Source: Azolla caroliniana (Eukaryota > Plantae > Polypodiophyta). From it: a DNA stretch of 64,000 bases. Under the pieces are notes generated by a model. That model was not told where the DNA came from and searched no databases. It saw nothing but the letters and a program-made list of their open reading frames with translations. The DNA lies in contig JBHGNT010000018.1 of assembly GCA_043228905.1 (NCBI GenBank), positions 8,060,001 through 8,124,000 of the forward strand, given 5' to 3'. The position numbers and the translations under genes are program-made. Of this stretch, positions 49,475 to 62,107 are shown in pieces (positions within the stretch are counted from its first letter, which is position 1; the number at the start of each line of letters is the position of its first letter).

Positions 49475-49545
49475 CATAGGGCAGGATTCGAACCATGCAC
49501 CTCCACGTAGATAAACCCCAACTTTACCATTGTAATAACTTATCT
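49475..49545 (-). other. tRNA-like A/B-box cassette in the 5' LTR (copy at 55833-55903)
   Basis: Perfect B box GGTTCGAATCC (49484-49494) in a T-arm-like hairpin, and a degenerate A box TATTACAATGG (49527-49537). Confidence 0.65.
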
Positions 49546-50080
49546 TTAGTGTTATAAATATAGATTTAATACGTATAAGACCTTTATTTACACATACCTT
49601 TATTAAAAGGTAAAAATCATGTATTCTTTAGAGTGTGAATATTTTATTTACACGTGCCATTAAAAGTGACTCATGCACATCTAGCGTGCATGAGCCCTAT
49701 ATTTAGGAAATGACAAAGCATCACATGCACATTTAGTGTGCATGGACACTTTAAGCGAAAAAGCATGAAGCCATGCTTAGCCTCTTCCATCTTTATATAA
49801 GGAGGAGAGAAATATGTATAAGGTTGTTGATTAATATAGAAGAATTGATCAATCTAATATATTCGTGGGATTCACGAATTTTGCCATCTAAATTACTCTT
49901 ATAATCTAAATATTGTTTTAAAATACACTAAACTCGTGGGATTCACGAGATTACTATCTTACTTCTCTTCCTATTATTCATAACTAGCCTTAAGTTGTAT
50001 TCCTCTTCCTCCTACTCCAAAACCTCGGCGGTTCCCACTCGACTCACGCAACGATCCGGAGCCGAAGGGCTCGACACAGT

Positions 50081-50098
50081 TGGTGAACCCGACGTGAA
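50081..50098 (+). promoter_or_regulatory. Primer-binding site complementary to tRNA-Trp
   Basis: TGGTGAACCCGACGTGAA, 4 nt after the LTR, is the reverse complement of the plant tRNA-Trp 3' end as recalled (TTCACGTCGGGTTCACCA). Confidence 0.8.
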
Positions 50099-50114
50099 GA
50101 CGGGTGGCAAGGAG

Positions 50115-52156
50115 ATGGAAAATCAACCGGAGGCTAGCAACATGATGATGATGTTCAAGTGCATGCTACAAGAACAACGCGCGATGTCGGAGATAGCGGC
50201 ATCAGTGGAGCGGCTCGTGCAACGAAACGGGCAATTCAACGGGAAAGACGTGTCGCGGTATCTTCGGGACTACAAGGCGGAGATGCTACGGTGCGGAATA
50301 TCGGAAGGACTGCAAGTGACGTCCTTCAACCGGGTGGCGACCGACGGGCTTCAAGCAAGCATCCATGGGCTACGACAGCAAAATCCGACATGGGAGGCGT
50401 TTGAAGTAGAGCTAAAGAGGACGTTTGCCATCGAGGATTCGTCCAAGGCGACGCGAAGGGGATTCGAAGATTGGGTGGAGACGCCGGACAAGGGATTGAA
50501 GGTCATTGATGTGTTTTCGGCATTCGAAAGCCGGTTCGGGAGGTTGTCCGCGAGAGATCAAGCTATCCTCGTACCGGACAAGGTGATCATGTTCTTGCGA
50601 GCCGTGGACGTCCGGGACCGGAAAAATCTCGGAGTGCTCTTGGAGGACACGACCACGGAGAGCGGCCTCACCGAAACATGGGAAAGCGTGCGGGATATCG
50701 TCGCGCGATACACGAAGAGGGGGCAATGGCTTGCCGACGAGGAAAAGAGGGTTTCGGAACCGATTCTGAAACCGAGAACCGGATTGGAAGACCATCAACT
50801 GAGGGCTCGAGAGACTACAACCGAGAAGGGGATTGATGCATCTACGGTGGAGCAACTATTGAAGGAGATGGAGAATCTGAAGATCGCGATGGTGAAGAAG
50901 TCGGATGACCGCCCCACAAGCTCCAAGTATACGGACCGACGGTGCATATGGTGCGATAGCGCCAAACACGATCGGAGGGATTGCGACGAGCATAAGGAGG
51001 CGCTACGGCGGGATCTCATCTACTACGAGGGAAACCGGATTCATTCGATGGACTCTCGGAAGCCACTCCGACCGAACTTCCGGAAAGGCGGCATGAAGAA
51101 GGTGCTCGAGGAGGAATTGGCGGCAAGAAGCAACTATGCGACAACCGCGGGAATATGTGTCGGGGAGTCATCGAGAGCAAAGACGTCTTTTTGGCCGGAA
51201 GTTCTAGAAAACACCGAGAAAACCGACTCCAACGAGATCCGAAGCACCGCGGAAGGCGTCCGGGAAGCTACGGGATGGGAGTGCCCTGTCGACAAGAATA
51301 GCATATACGCCCTGTGTCAATTGCATAAGGTGTATGTGGACGAGAAACGACGATGCACGGAGGATGCGGCCGGGCCATCGAAGATACCGGAAAGTTGGAA
51401 CTCCGGAGGTAAGGGAAAAGAAAAGGCGACTCCGGCATTCAAGCTTGCCTCGGACATAGAACAACAAACCGACTTGAAAAGAGTGTTCGAGGAAAGAATC
51501 TTGGATAGCCGGGTAGATTTCTCGCTTCGGGAGCTACTCGGAATAGCAAAGAAGGAGTTCCACGATCTTCTCGTGGATCTCGTGAAGCGAAAAAGACAAA
51601 GTACGGAGGAAAATGCTCCAAGGGTGAATGCGAACACCGTTTTAATGAACGACACCGAAGTGGAGGACGAAATTCCAAACTCCCACTATACAAGGCCACA
51701 TAGGGCACGCGCGACTACGGAGACTCCGGTCCGAATCGGCAACATCAAAGAACCCGTGCTAGCATTGATTGATCACAGATCGGAGATCAACTTGATGTCC
51801 AAGGAGTTCTACCGGAAGGGGAAGTGGCCTATTAACACCAACCATGGATGGAAGATTCGGGCGGCCACCAAAGCAACGGAAGATCTATTTGCGGCTTGTC
51901 CGGATGTGACGGTGAAGATCGGGGATGTCGAGATCGACCAAAATTTCTTCGTGCAAGATGAGGTTTCACATTCCATCATCCTCGGCCAACCCTTTATCAC
52001 AGCACACAGATGGAGACGAAGGTGCTCGATAGTGGTGCGGCTTTTGCACGAATTCGGAGCCAAAACGGTGGGAAATCCGTCCAATTTCTAACGGTGCCGG
52101 CAAATCACGAAAGGAACAAGAGGGAACTCTTGTCCCAAGTGAGAATGGATTTTTAA
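50115..52156 (+). pseudogene. Gypsy Gag-protease ORF (one frameshift near 52005)
   Basis: FNGKDVSRYL, CIWCDSAKHDRRDC knuckle, and protease LIDHRSEINLM...IILGQPF. Confidence 0.88.
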
Positions 52157-55100
52157 AGCGGACTGTTGCGGAGTGGGGAAGTGATAGTCCGAGAAGCCCT
52201 GATACCCCACACAGGAAGAAAACTCTCGGAGCAAAACATGTACGAATCGGTCCGGATGGGGCATCTACGTACACGACCGTAACCGGAGGATTGAAGAAAG
52301 GATATCGACAAGTGGAGGATAAGTTGTGGTCGGCATCAATAATAAAAGAAGATGAAGAAATCATGGGGATAGTCGAAGAAGTGTTCTATGAGAGCACGCT
52401 ACAACGACTTGAAGAGCTTGCGGAAGATAAAAGCCAAGGGAACCGGGTAGTCCCGGTGGAATCGGTCGAGATGTACGAGATCATTGCGAAAATGGAGCCG
52501 GATACGCTCCGCAAAGAAGAAGCAATGGTAAGTACGAAATACAAGACCGTGGAGAAGAAGGTGAAACCGGCTGCGGGACCACTACCCGCCGATAGCGAAC
52601 AAAAGAGGAAAGAAGTCTCGGGAGATCCGACACTTCGGAAGACCGTGGATATCGGACATGCCTTCACGGATGAGACCCGGAAGAAACTTCGGATCGGTGG
52701 AGGTGGGTTCCTATTACAAAAAGAAGAAGAACGGTTTCGCGAGATGTTGGAGCAACACAGCAAAGCGTTTGCATTTACATCAAGGGAGATAGGGTGCGTC
52801 GATCCGAGAATAGTGGAGCCGATGGTGATCTTCACGATTGACCATGTACCGTGGAACCTGAAGCCGATTCCGGTGCCACGAGCGCATATTCCGAAAGTCA
52901 TTGACTTGCTCAAAGAGAAGGTGGCGATGGGGATTCTAGAGCCATCAACTGCTCTGTACTCAAATCGATGGTTTACGGTTCCGAAGAAGAATGGGTCACT
53001 CCGATTTATCCAAGACTTGCAACCGGTGAATAAGGTCACGATCCGGAACTCGGGAGTCGGTCCGGTAGTGGACGAATTTGCGGAAGCTTTTGCTGGTCGT
53101 GCGATATACTCCATCGGAGACCTATACTCGGGGTATGACCAATTCCAACTAGCCGTGGAGAGCCGAGACATCACAACCATGCGAACACCGATAGGATTGG
53201 TCCGAATGTGCACACTACCACAAGGAGCGACAAACTCGGTTGCTCATATGATGAACGCGATGAACAAGGTGCTTCGAGACTGCATTCCGGAGATAACGAT
53301 GCCGTTCCTCGATGACATTCCGATGAAAGGATGCGCGGTAGAAGAAAAAGATGAGACTATGGATGATCGGGGATGCCGAAAGTTCGTGGTCGACCATATT
53401 CATGATTGCGAGAAAGTGTTGCGAAAGCTAGAAGATGTGCACCTAACACTTTCCGGGGAGAAATCGGCATTCGGGCAAGAAGAAATATTGGTGGTCGGAC
53501 ATCTATGTGGGCCCTACGGCCGAAGACCGTCACCAACAAAGATCGATGCGATTCAAGCTATGGAGGAAGTATGCTAGTCAACATCCGAAGTCCGAAGGTT
53601 TCTCGGTGCATGTGCATTCTATCACATATGGATTCCGCACTATGCACATATAGCGGACCCGCTCTACCACTTGTTGTGGAAAGGTAAGAAATTCGAATGG
53701 AAACCGGAACACACCAAAGCCATGAAGAAATTGAAGAAGACACTTCGGAGGGCGGAAGCACTTAAGAAGCCGAGCTATGACCGACCGATCATAGTAACGG
53801 TTGATACAAGTCCAACCGGTATCGGGTGGGTCATCAATCAAGCCGACTCGGATGGTTCGCGGTATCCGATCCGATTCGGAGCAAAGGTTCTCCACGAAAG
53901 GCAACGTGGATATGCACAAGTCAAAAGAGAACTGTGGGGAGTCGTGTCGGGATTATTTGATCGGAGCCGAAGTGGTGATCGAGACGGATTGTCTTCCGAT
54001 ACTCGGGATGATGCGGTGTTGTACGATACCGGATGTAGCTATGCTAAGGTGGGTTGCATATGTCAAGTCGCTTAATCCGGAGGTTCGACACATCTCGGGG
54101 AAGGACAATGCGGTAGCGGATATGTTATCAAGGGCTCGGTTCGGAGACGACATAACCGAATCGGATAATGAAGAAGTTTCCGAAGACTACTTCGCGTCGG
54201 AGCACATATGCCGAGTAAACGTAATACGAGAATTCCGGGAAGAAGAATACGAGGGAGAAAGCTTGATGATCGGAAAGATGTTACAAGAGGCCGAGGATTC
54301 AACAAACGATAAAGGAAGAAGAGCCGAGATCCGAAGGAAGAAGAGGCAAGTCCAAAAGTTCTTCTTGGAAAACGGATTAATATGGAGGGCGCCGAAAAGA
54401 CCGGATGGTATACCACTTCGAGTAGTCGGGACAAAAGAGCAACAAGACCGGATAATGTCCGAGTTTCACGAATCCGATTGGGCTGGACACCGAGGAACAT
54501 GGGCAACATTTGTGAAGATCAAGCAAAAATATTGGTGGAAGAAAATGTACAAAGATGTCGCGGAGTTCACGGAAAGCTGCGAGAAATGTCAAGTCTACTC
54601 CGGGGTTTGACATCGAGATGAGTTACATCCGACATTCTCACCGACAATCAACTTCAAGTGGATGGTTGACATAGTGGCCATGCCGACCGGGATCGGACAA
54701 AAGAAATACTTGGTATTAGCTCGGGAAGATCTCACGAATCAAGTAGAAGGTCGAGCGCTTCAGAGGAACACGTGTTCCGCGGTATGCCAATTTCTTTTGG
54801 AGGAAGTATTTTGTAGGTATGGGTGCGTAGGACAAGTGATTGCGGACCGGGGAGAACTCGACTCGGAAAAAGCTAGGGGATTCTTCGCCAAACACGGAGT
54901 TCGGTTATCGCTGACAACGGCATACAATCCGGAGGCCAACGGGAAAATCGAACAAGGACATAGTCCGATCGTGAAAGCACTTGCAAAGGCATGCGATGGA
55001 AAGGTGAAGGACTGGCCGCAGATGCTTCCGTATGCACTATGGGCAGATCGGACGACGCATAGCTCCATAACCGGTTACATGCCAGCAGAACTCATGACCG

Positions 55101-55728
55101 GACCAGCACCGGTAATGCCGACGGAAACCGCGATCGCAACATGGACAGTGCTACCGTGGAAGGAAGAGATGAGCCGGGAAGAACTACTAGCGGTCCGGAT
55201 ACGACAACTAGAGGGAAGACCGGCAGACATAGCGGAAGCAATACGCCGACAACAAGAAGCACGATTAAGGAACAAAAGCCGGTTCGACACAAAGCACCGA
55301 CTACGACCGAGGAGGATTGAAGAAGGAGATTGGGTGATCGTCTATGACAGTAGTTTGGACCATCAAAATACAACGATGCGGAAATTCGCGAAAAGGTGGT
55401 TCGGGCCATACGAGGTTCGGAAAATCTTCGACAACGGAACGTACCGACTGTCCGAGTTGGATGGAACAATACTACGAGTACCTATAGCCGGGAAGCGGGT
55501 GAAGATTTTCAAGAAGCGGACCGACGACAAACCCTATGTGATCCAAGCCAAGGCCGACAACGAGGAGCAATCGGACGACGACCACGGTGATGCGGGAAGC
55601 GAAGAAAGTGAATTACAACTCATAGTCGACATAAGGGGAGAATCGGAGGAAGCTCTGGGTGAAGACGGATATGGGGGATCGAGAACTTCGGCACATACCG
55701 GAGGATGTGCGGGTTCGGAGGGGGCGAA
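52147..55728 (+). pseudogene. Gypsy RT-RNaseH-integrase ORF
   Basis: DLYSGYDQ, LPQGATNS, FLDDI, ADMLSR and WFGPY motifs. Stops at 53575 and 54608, small deletion near 53950. Confidence 0.92.
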
Positions 55729-58114
55729 TGTCGTAGTGTATTCCACACAGTACGTGAAAACCACAAAATAATATATCCGATTTTAGATACATATAAATAA
55801 ATAAATAATATATCAAAAGAATTTATCACGTGCATAGGGCAGGATTCGAACCATGCACCTCCACGTAGATAAACCCCAACTTTACCATTGTAATAACTTA
55901 TCTTTAGTGTTATAAATATAGATTTAATACGTATAAGACCTTTATTTACACATACCTTTATTAAAAGGTAAAAATCATGTATTCTTTAGAGTGTGAATAT
56001 TTTATTTACACGTGCCATTAAAAGTGACTCATGCACATCTAGCGTGCATGAGCCCTATATTTAGGAAATGACAAAGCATCACATGCACATTTAGTGTGCA
56101 TGGACACTTTAAGTGAAAAAGCATGAAGCCATGCTTAGCCTCTTCCATCTTTATATAAGGAGGAGAGAAATATGTATAAGGTTGTTGATTAATATAGAAG
56201 AATTGATCAATCTAATATATTCGTGGGATTCACGAATTTTGCCATCTAAATTACTCTTATAATCTAAATATTGTTTTAAAATACACTAAACTCGTGGGAT
56301 TCACGAGATTACTATCTTACTTCTCTTCCTATTATTCATAACTAGCCTTAAGTTGTATTCCTCTTCCTCCTACTCCAAAACCTCGGCGGTTCCCACTCGA
56401 CTCACGCAACGATCCGGAGCCGAAGGGCTCGACAACGGTAAACAGGTAGCCACATCACACCCGACATCAGCACCAAGAGAATCGAGTCCCCTCAATTTGG
56501 TCCACTCAGACGTTTCATTTTTATACTTCGTCAGTTTTATTGACGACTCGACTCGGACGGTGTGGGCTTACCCCATCAGAACCAAAGATTGGGTGTTCTC
56601 CATCTTCTCTAAATGGCTTGCAATGGTCGAAAATCAGACCGGTCAGAAACTGAAATGTCTCCGAACCGACAACGGAGGGGAATTCAAGTCTAAAGAATTC
56701 GTCAAATTTTGTCGGGAACGCGGCATTCAACGTGAATATACGGCACCCTATAGTTCAGGGCAGAACAGAATTGTTGAACGCATGAATCGGACTATTCAAG
56801 AACACATAGTATCCATGCTCCAACACTCCAGACTGTCGGATGGCTTCTTGGCTAAGGCTCTACTTATGACAATACACATAATCAATATGTCGCCAAGTAG
56901 ACCTCTAGGACTTAAAATACCTCAGGAAACATGGACCGGTAGTAAGCCGAATTATGACAAGCTGAGGATCTTCGGTTGCGAAGCGTATGCCCTTATACCG
57001 AAAGACGACCGCCAGAAACTCAAACCATGATCAAGGAAATGCATTTTCCTTGGATATGGACCCAACGGCGAGATCGGATACCGACTCTGGGACCTCGAGC
57101 ACAGACAAATCGTCTAAAGTTCGGACGTCGTGTTCAATGAGTCGGCTATGCATAAAACGGTCGACCGACACCTCCCGTCCTGAATCAACTGATTCAGCAC
57201 AGCCGAATGGCTCGGCTTCCGACCATCCGTCACCCATACCCGGTGCGACCAGTCCAGTCATACCTCGACGATCTAAGAGACCGTCGCAACCTCCGGAAAG
57301 GTACTCTCCCGAAATTTTCTTTACCGACACCAGCGAACCGACATCTTACGAAGAAGCATCGGCATCTGCCAACTCAGCCACCTAGCATCTGGCGATGAAG
57401 TCAGAAATGCACTTCATTCACGCAAACAAGACTTGGGACTTGATCGAATTACCGAAGAATATGGCATCGACATCGACAAAATCTTTTCACCAGAGGTGAA
57501 AATGACAACCCTTCGTTTCATGCTCGACGTCATGGCCGCCGACAACTTGGAGTTGATTCAGCAAGATGTAAAAACAACATTCCTCCACGGTTACCTACAG
57601 GAGGAAATCTATATGGAGCAGCTGAAAGGCTTTGTGGCATCCGACCAGGAACATCTACTCTGCCGACTCAGGAAGAGTTTATACGGCCTGAAACAGGCAC
57701 CCCGACAGTGGTACAAGAAGTTTGGCGACTTCATCCAGTCGGTCGCCTTCTCCAAGAGCGATGAGGACCATTGTCTCTTCACCAAAACAGCTCAAGACAA
57801 GTCTCCCATCTTCCTCATCATTTACGTGGACGACATGCTACTCTCCGGCCGACTTGCCAAAGAGCTCACCGAACTCATTCGAAAACTACAGTTGAAGTTT
57901 GCCATGAAGGACCTCGGTCCAGCAAGACACATACTTGGTATGAAGATTAGTTGGCATCGCGATAAACGACCACTTTTCTTGTCTCAAACCAACTACATCA
58001 GCCATGTCTTGGAACACTTCAGCATGCACTCGGCCAAGTCTGCTTCGACCCCACTTCCCATTAACCTTTGGTTGTCTCAGCGAGACAGCCCGACATACAG
58101 TTCAGAGGGGGAAG

Positions 58115-60746
58115 TGTCGAATACATGTGTATAATGGACGTATTCACACTATCCCGTTTTGGCCATTTATGTAATTAGCATAAAGGGTAGTTGCCCTAAG
58201 TCGGTCACTATATATAGTGACCTTGTAACCTCTTTGTAAGGTGGGGTGTTGTATTATTGCTTTATGGAATAAGACAAAGTCTTTTGTGCCTCTCTGTCTC
58301 TCTCTCTCTCTCTCTCTGTGCAACGACCTACAAACTGTCATACGCAGGTACTCAACAGCAATCGAATGCTTCTTGATCTTCCGCACAGACGACTTTGTCT
58401 CCAACATCTGGTATCAGAGCCTGCACAGTATTCGGTCCTTCAATCCGCTGTCGGCTGTCGTCTCAGCCTGCACAGCATTCGGTTTCCTGCGTCATTCGAA
58501 GAAGAGAGAAGAAGAAAAACGAGGCTTGCATCTCTTCGCGTTAGATCCTCTTCGCTTGGAGTAAGCCAGCCGGTTGTACTCCGTTCCTTGTGATCGCAAC
58601 GCTCGAGGTGAAATCCCCTTGTGCAACATTGACACGATCGCGCTCCACTCGGTTAAACGGCATCCGAAAAGGTCATTAAACGCTGCTCGCCGCTCGTTGT
58701 AACCACTCGGTGCAGATCGGTCTCAAGACATCAACCCCAATTCGCGCTTCATCCGGCTGATCGACATTCGGGAGGATCAGTTGGATCTGTCTCTCTCGTC
58801 GCTGCAGCCACCCGAAGCAGAATCGGTCCAGATAATCGGTTTCAATAATCGGTATTCGGCATATATATCCGAAGCGAACCGGGCTCACTCCGACTCGGCA
58901 ACATTCGGGAAGACCAGTCGGTTCTGTCCCTCAAGTTACCGGAGTCAATTCGAGCAAGCTCCGAAGCCGAACCGACTCGGGTTCAAATCCGACTAGAACG
59001 ATATCGGGTGAGCCAACTGGCTGCACTCCAACAAGGTTCGTAGTCAACTCCGAACCGAGCTTCGTCAACCAAAACCGAACTTGATGGCATCAACATCCGG
59101 CTCGTCAGAAATGAGTCTACGAAAGTTCGATGGATCGAACTTCAACTTCTGGAAGGAACAAATGCAGGACTATCTCATAGTCAAGGGGCAAATCGATCCC
59201 ATCGAAAATGAAGAACCTCCAGAAGGATACAAACCAATTGAGTGGCAGAAGCTGGACAGAATTGTCCGCGCCACGATTCGGATGCACCTATCGGAATCGG
59301 TATACTTTACGGTGCAATCGTGTACGACAGCATTCGAACTGTGGAAAACACTGTCGGACACTTACGAAAAGAAGGTCGCCGCAACGAAGATGTTTCTGAT
59401 CCGGCGCCTCTACAACTTGCGGATGAAAGAATCCGATTCGGTTCAAGCACACCTCAATGAGTACGAAAGCATAAGCTCCCAAATCTCGTCACAGGGGACG
59501 GCAATCGAGGATGAACTCAGAGCAATGATACTCATGAGCAGCCTTCCCTCATCTGGGAAACTTTTCGTCACAACCGTGTGCAACGCGTCAACCACGGCTG
59601 TTAAATACTCCGAAGTCACGAGCGCAATCCTGACCGAAGCAGCTCGGAGAAAGTCTTTCGCCAAAGACTCAACAGACGACGCTTACGTAGTACAAGGTTC
59701 GACAGACCGATCGAACATACGAGGAAGAGATTCCTCACGGCCGCCGAACAATCAGCGAAGACGGAGCCAGTCACGGGATAACCGAATCTGCAACTATTGC
59801 AAGAAACCCGGACACATCAAAGCCGACTGCCGCGCACTCAAGAACAAGAACAACAAGAAGAGTGGCCGGCATGAGGAGATNNNNNNNNNNNNNNNNNNNN
59901 NNNNNNNNNNNNNNNNNNNNNNNNNNNNNNNNNNNNNNNNNNNNNNNNNNNNNNNNNNNNNNNNNNNNNNNNNNNNNNNNAAGCCGAATCAACAAGTCGA
60001 CCATGACTCGGCTCCAGTTGTCTACAGCGACAGTCAAGGTGCTGTTGCCTTGTCGAAAAATCCGGTTCACCACAACGCCTCCAAACATATCGACGTTCGA
60101 TATCACTTCGTTCGGGACTGCGTCATTTCAGGGAAAATCGGTCTAGAGAAAATATCCACAACCGACAATGTCGCAGATGGAATGACCAAGTGTCTTTCGG
60201 CAGACCGTTTTCGGTCTCTTCGGCATCAGATGGGCGTAACGACAAACCAGTCCGGTTAGAGCCGGACACAGAGCAGGATGGTTCCCGACAACCGACATCA
60301 GTTCCTTAATGATCGGCTTCAACTGTTCCGACCCGACCAGTTCGGTCTTCTGCCTTCGGACCCTGCCGATCCGAACAAAGCTGATATGTCCGAGAACCTA
60401 AGTCTATACCTGTAATCTTAGATAACCCATGTATACGCCCATTACGGGGGAGTGTCGAATACATGTGTATAATGGACGTATTCACACTATCCCGTTTTGG
60501 CCATTTATGTAATTAGCATAAAGGGTAGTTGCCCTAAGTCGGTCACTATATATAGTGACCTTGTAACCTCTTTGTAAGGTGGGGTGTTGTATTATTGCTT
60601 TATGGAATAAGACAAAGTCTTTTGTGCCTCTCTGTCTCTCTCTCTCTCTCTCTCTCTGTGCAACGACCTACAAACTGTCATATGCAGGTACTCAACAGCA
60701 ATCGAATGCTTCTTGATCTTCCGCACAGACGACTTTGTCTCCAACA
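58115..60746 (+). mobile_element. Young Copia family A-related element, LTRs 58115-58406 and 60453-60746; interior collapsed by the assembly gap
   Basis: GGAAG TSD, PBS at 58409, open gag 59084-59880, RNase H end, PPT. LTRs differ by one substitution and one CT unit. Confidence 0.94.
59881..59980. other. Assembly gap (100 N)
   Basis: Run of N joining gag directly to RNase H. Confidence 1.
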
Positions 60747-61437
60747 GGAAGATATGAAGTTGGTACCGTATGCACCGGCAGTCGGCTCCCTTATGTACGC
60801 GATGGTCGCAACACGTCCTGATATTTCTCATGCCGTAGGAGTCGTCAGTAGATTCATGCACAACCCACGCCGATCGCACTGGAACGCAGTCAAGCATGTG
60901 TTCAGATATCTAGTTGGCACAAAAGACCACGGCATCCTGTTTTGGCCGAACTCAACCTCAGGCGTAGTCGGTTACACCGACTCGAACTTCGCTGGCTCTG
61001 TGGACAGTCGGAAATCAACAACCGGATATTGCTTCAAATTCGGCAATGGAGAAATCTTGTGGAAGTCTGTTGAGCGGCAAGCTCAACCGGATCCGGATCG
61101 GCTGAATAAGCCTAAGCCAAATCGGCATCCGGAAGGATGAGCCAAATCGGTGAGCCGGCGAGCAATTGAGCCGGTGAGCTAGGGAGCCGGTTAGCTGGAT
61201 CAAACAGTAACCGGAAGCCTAGTAGTAGCCTAGACTACTAGGTAATTAATAGTCTCGTAGTTAGTGTCAGACGCTCGAGTGAGCATTGAAGTACCCGGTA
61301 CTTCTGTCAGTCCTCTTAGGACTTGTATAAATAGTGATGTTGAGCACGTTTCATGTACAGAGAACTATTATTGTTTTGTAATAGATTTAAATGTTCTGCT
61401 CTCTCTCTGTCTCTCCCGCATACACTCTGTGTGGTAA

Positions 61438-61476
<39 letters not shown>

Positions 61477-62107
61477 CTATCCAGCAAAGCCGGTTTGTCT
61501 AACGCTTCCACACATAATCTTTTACATGGTATCAGAGTGCGAGGGTTGAAAACCTCTGCAGCCGACATCAACATCTGAAGACAAACCCTAAGAACAGAAA
61601 GAGAAGTAATGGACAGAGGAATGGCTAGCTCGCTCTCGGTGGAGAAACTCGACAGATCCAAATACGCATCTTGGTCATACAAGATGCACCAGTACCTGCT
61701 TGGGCATGGTTACTAGAGCTATGTTGACGGAGCTAACGACACAGTACCTGATGCGAAACACAAGGACTTCCCTATGTGGGAACAAGCGGCAAGCAAAGTC
61801 ATGTACTGCTTTGCGTCCAGTGTCGGAAACCACCTGCTAAGCCATATCCAAGACGCCAAGACGCCCAAAGAAGCTTGGGGAAATCTGAAAAAGTTCTTCG
61901 CCGCAAGCATTACAACCAGGAAGCTTCAACTCAGGCAAGAGTTGAGCAATGTACGACAACGAGATAAGTCGGTGGCTGACTACACCACCACGATTAAAAA
62001 AATCTACGACTCACTCCCCTCTGTCAACATGAATGTCGAGGAGGAAGAGATGGTGCAAGTTTGTCTCGGCGGGTTAGCGTCTAAGTTCGAAGCTTTCCGA
62101 ATGACGG

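Larger units (their letters stand above)
49371..56434 (+). mobile_element. Near-complete Ty3/Gypsy element, 706-bp LTRs 49371-50076 and 55729-56434
   Basis: LTRs differ at about 3 positions seen. ACGG TSD. PPT ggagggggcgaa. Order is gag-PR-RT-RH-IN. Confidence 0.96.
30690..61067 (+). mobile_element. Copia family A element hosting multiple nested insertions; 5' LTR split into 30690-30920 and 47126-47291
   Basis: The two LTR halves join to match the 1352-1669 LTR. PBS tggtatcagagc at 47294. Gag/PR at 47975-49370, integrase-RT at 56435-58114, RNase H at 60747-61067. Many stops and deletions. Confidence 0.88.

Noticed and set aside
59081-60259. Compact Gag-RNaseH fusion (mini element)
   Set aside because: The join is a 100-N assembly gap and the true interior length is unknown.
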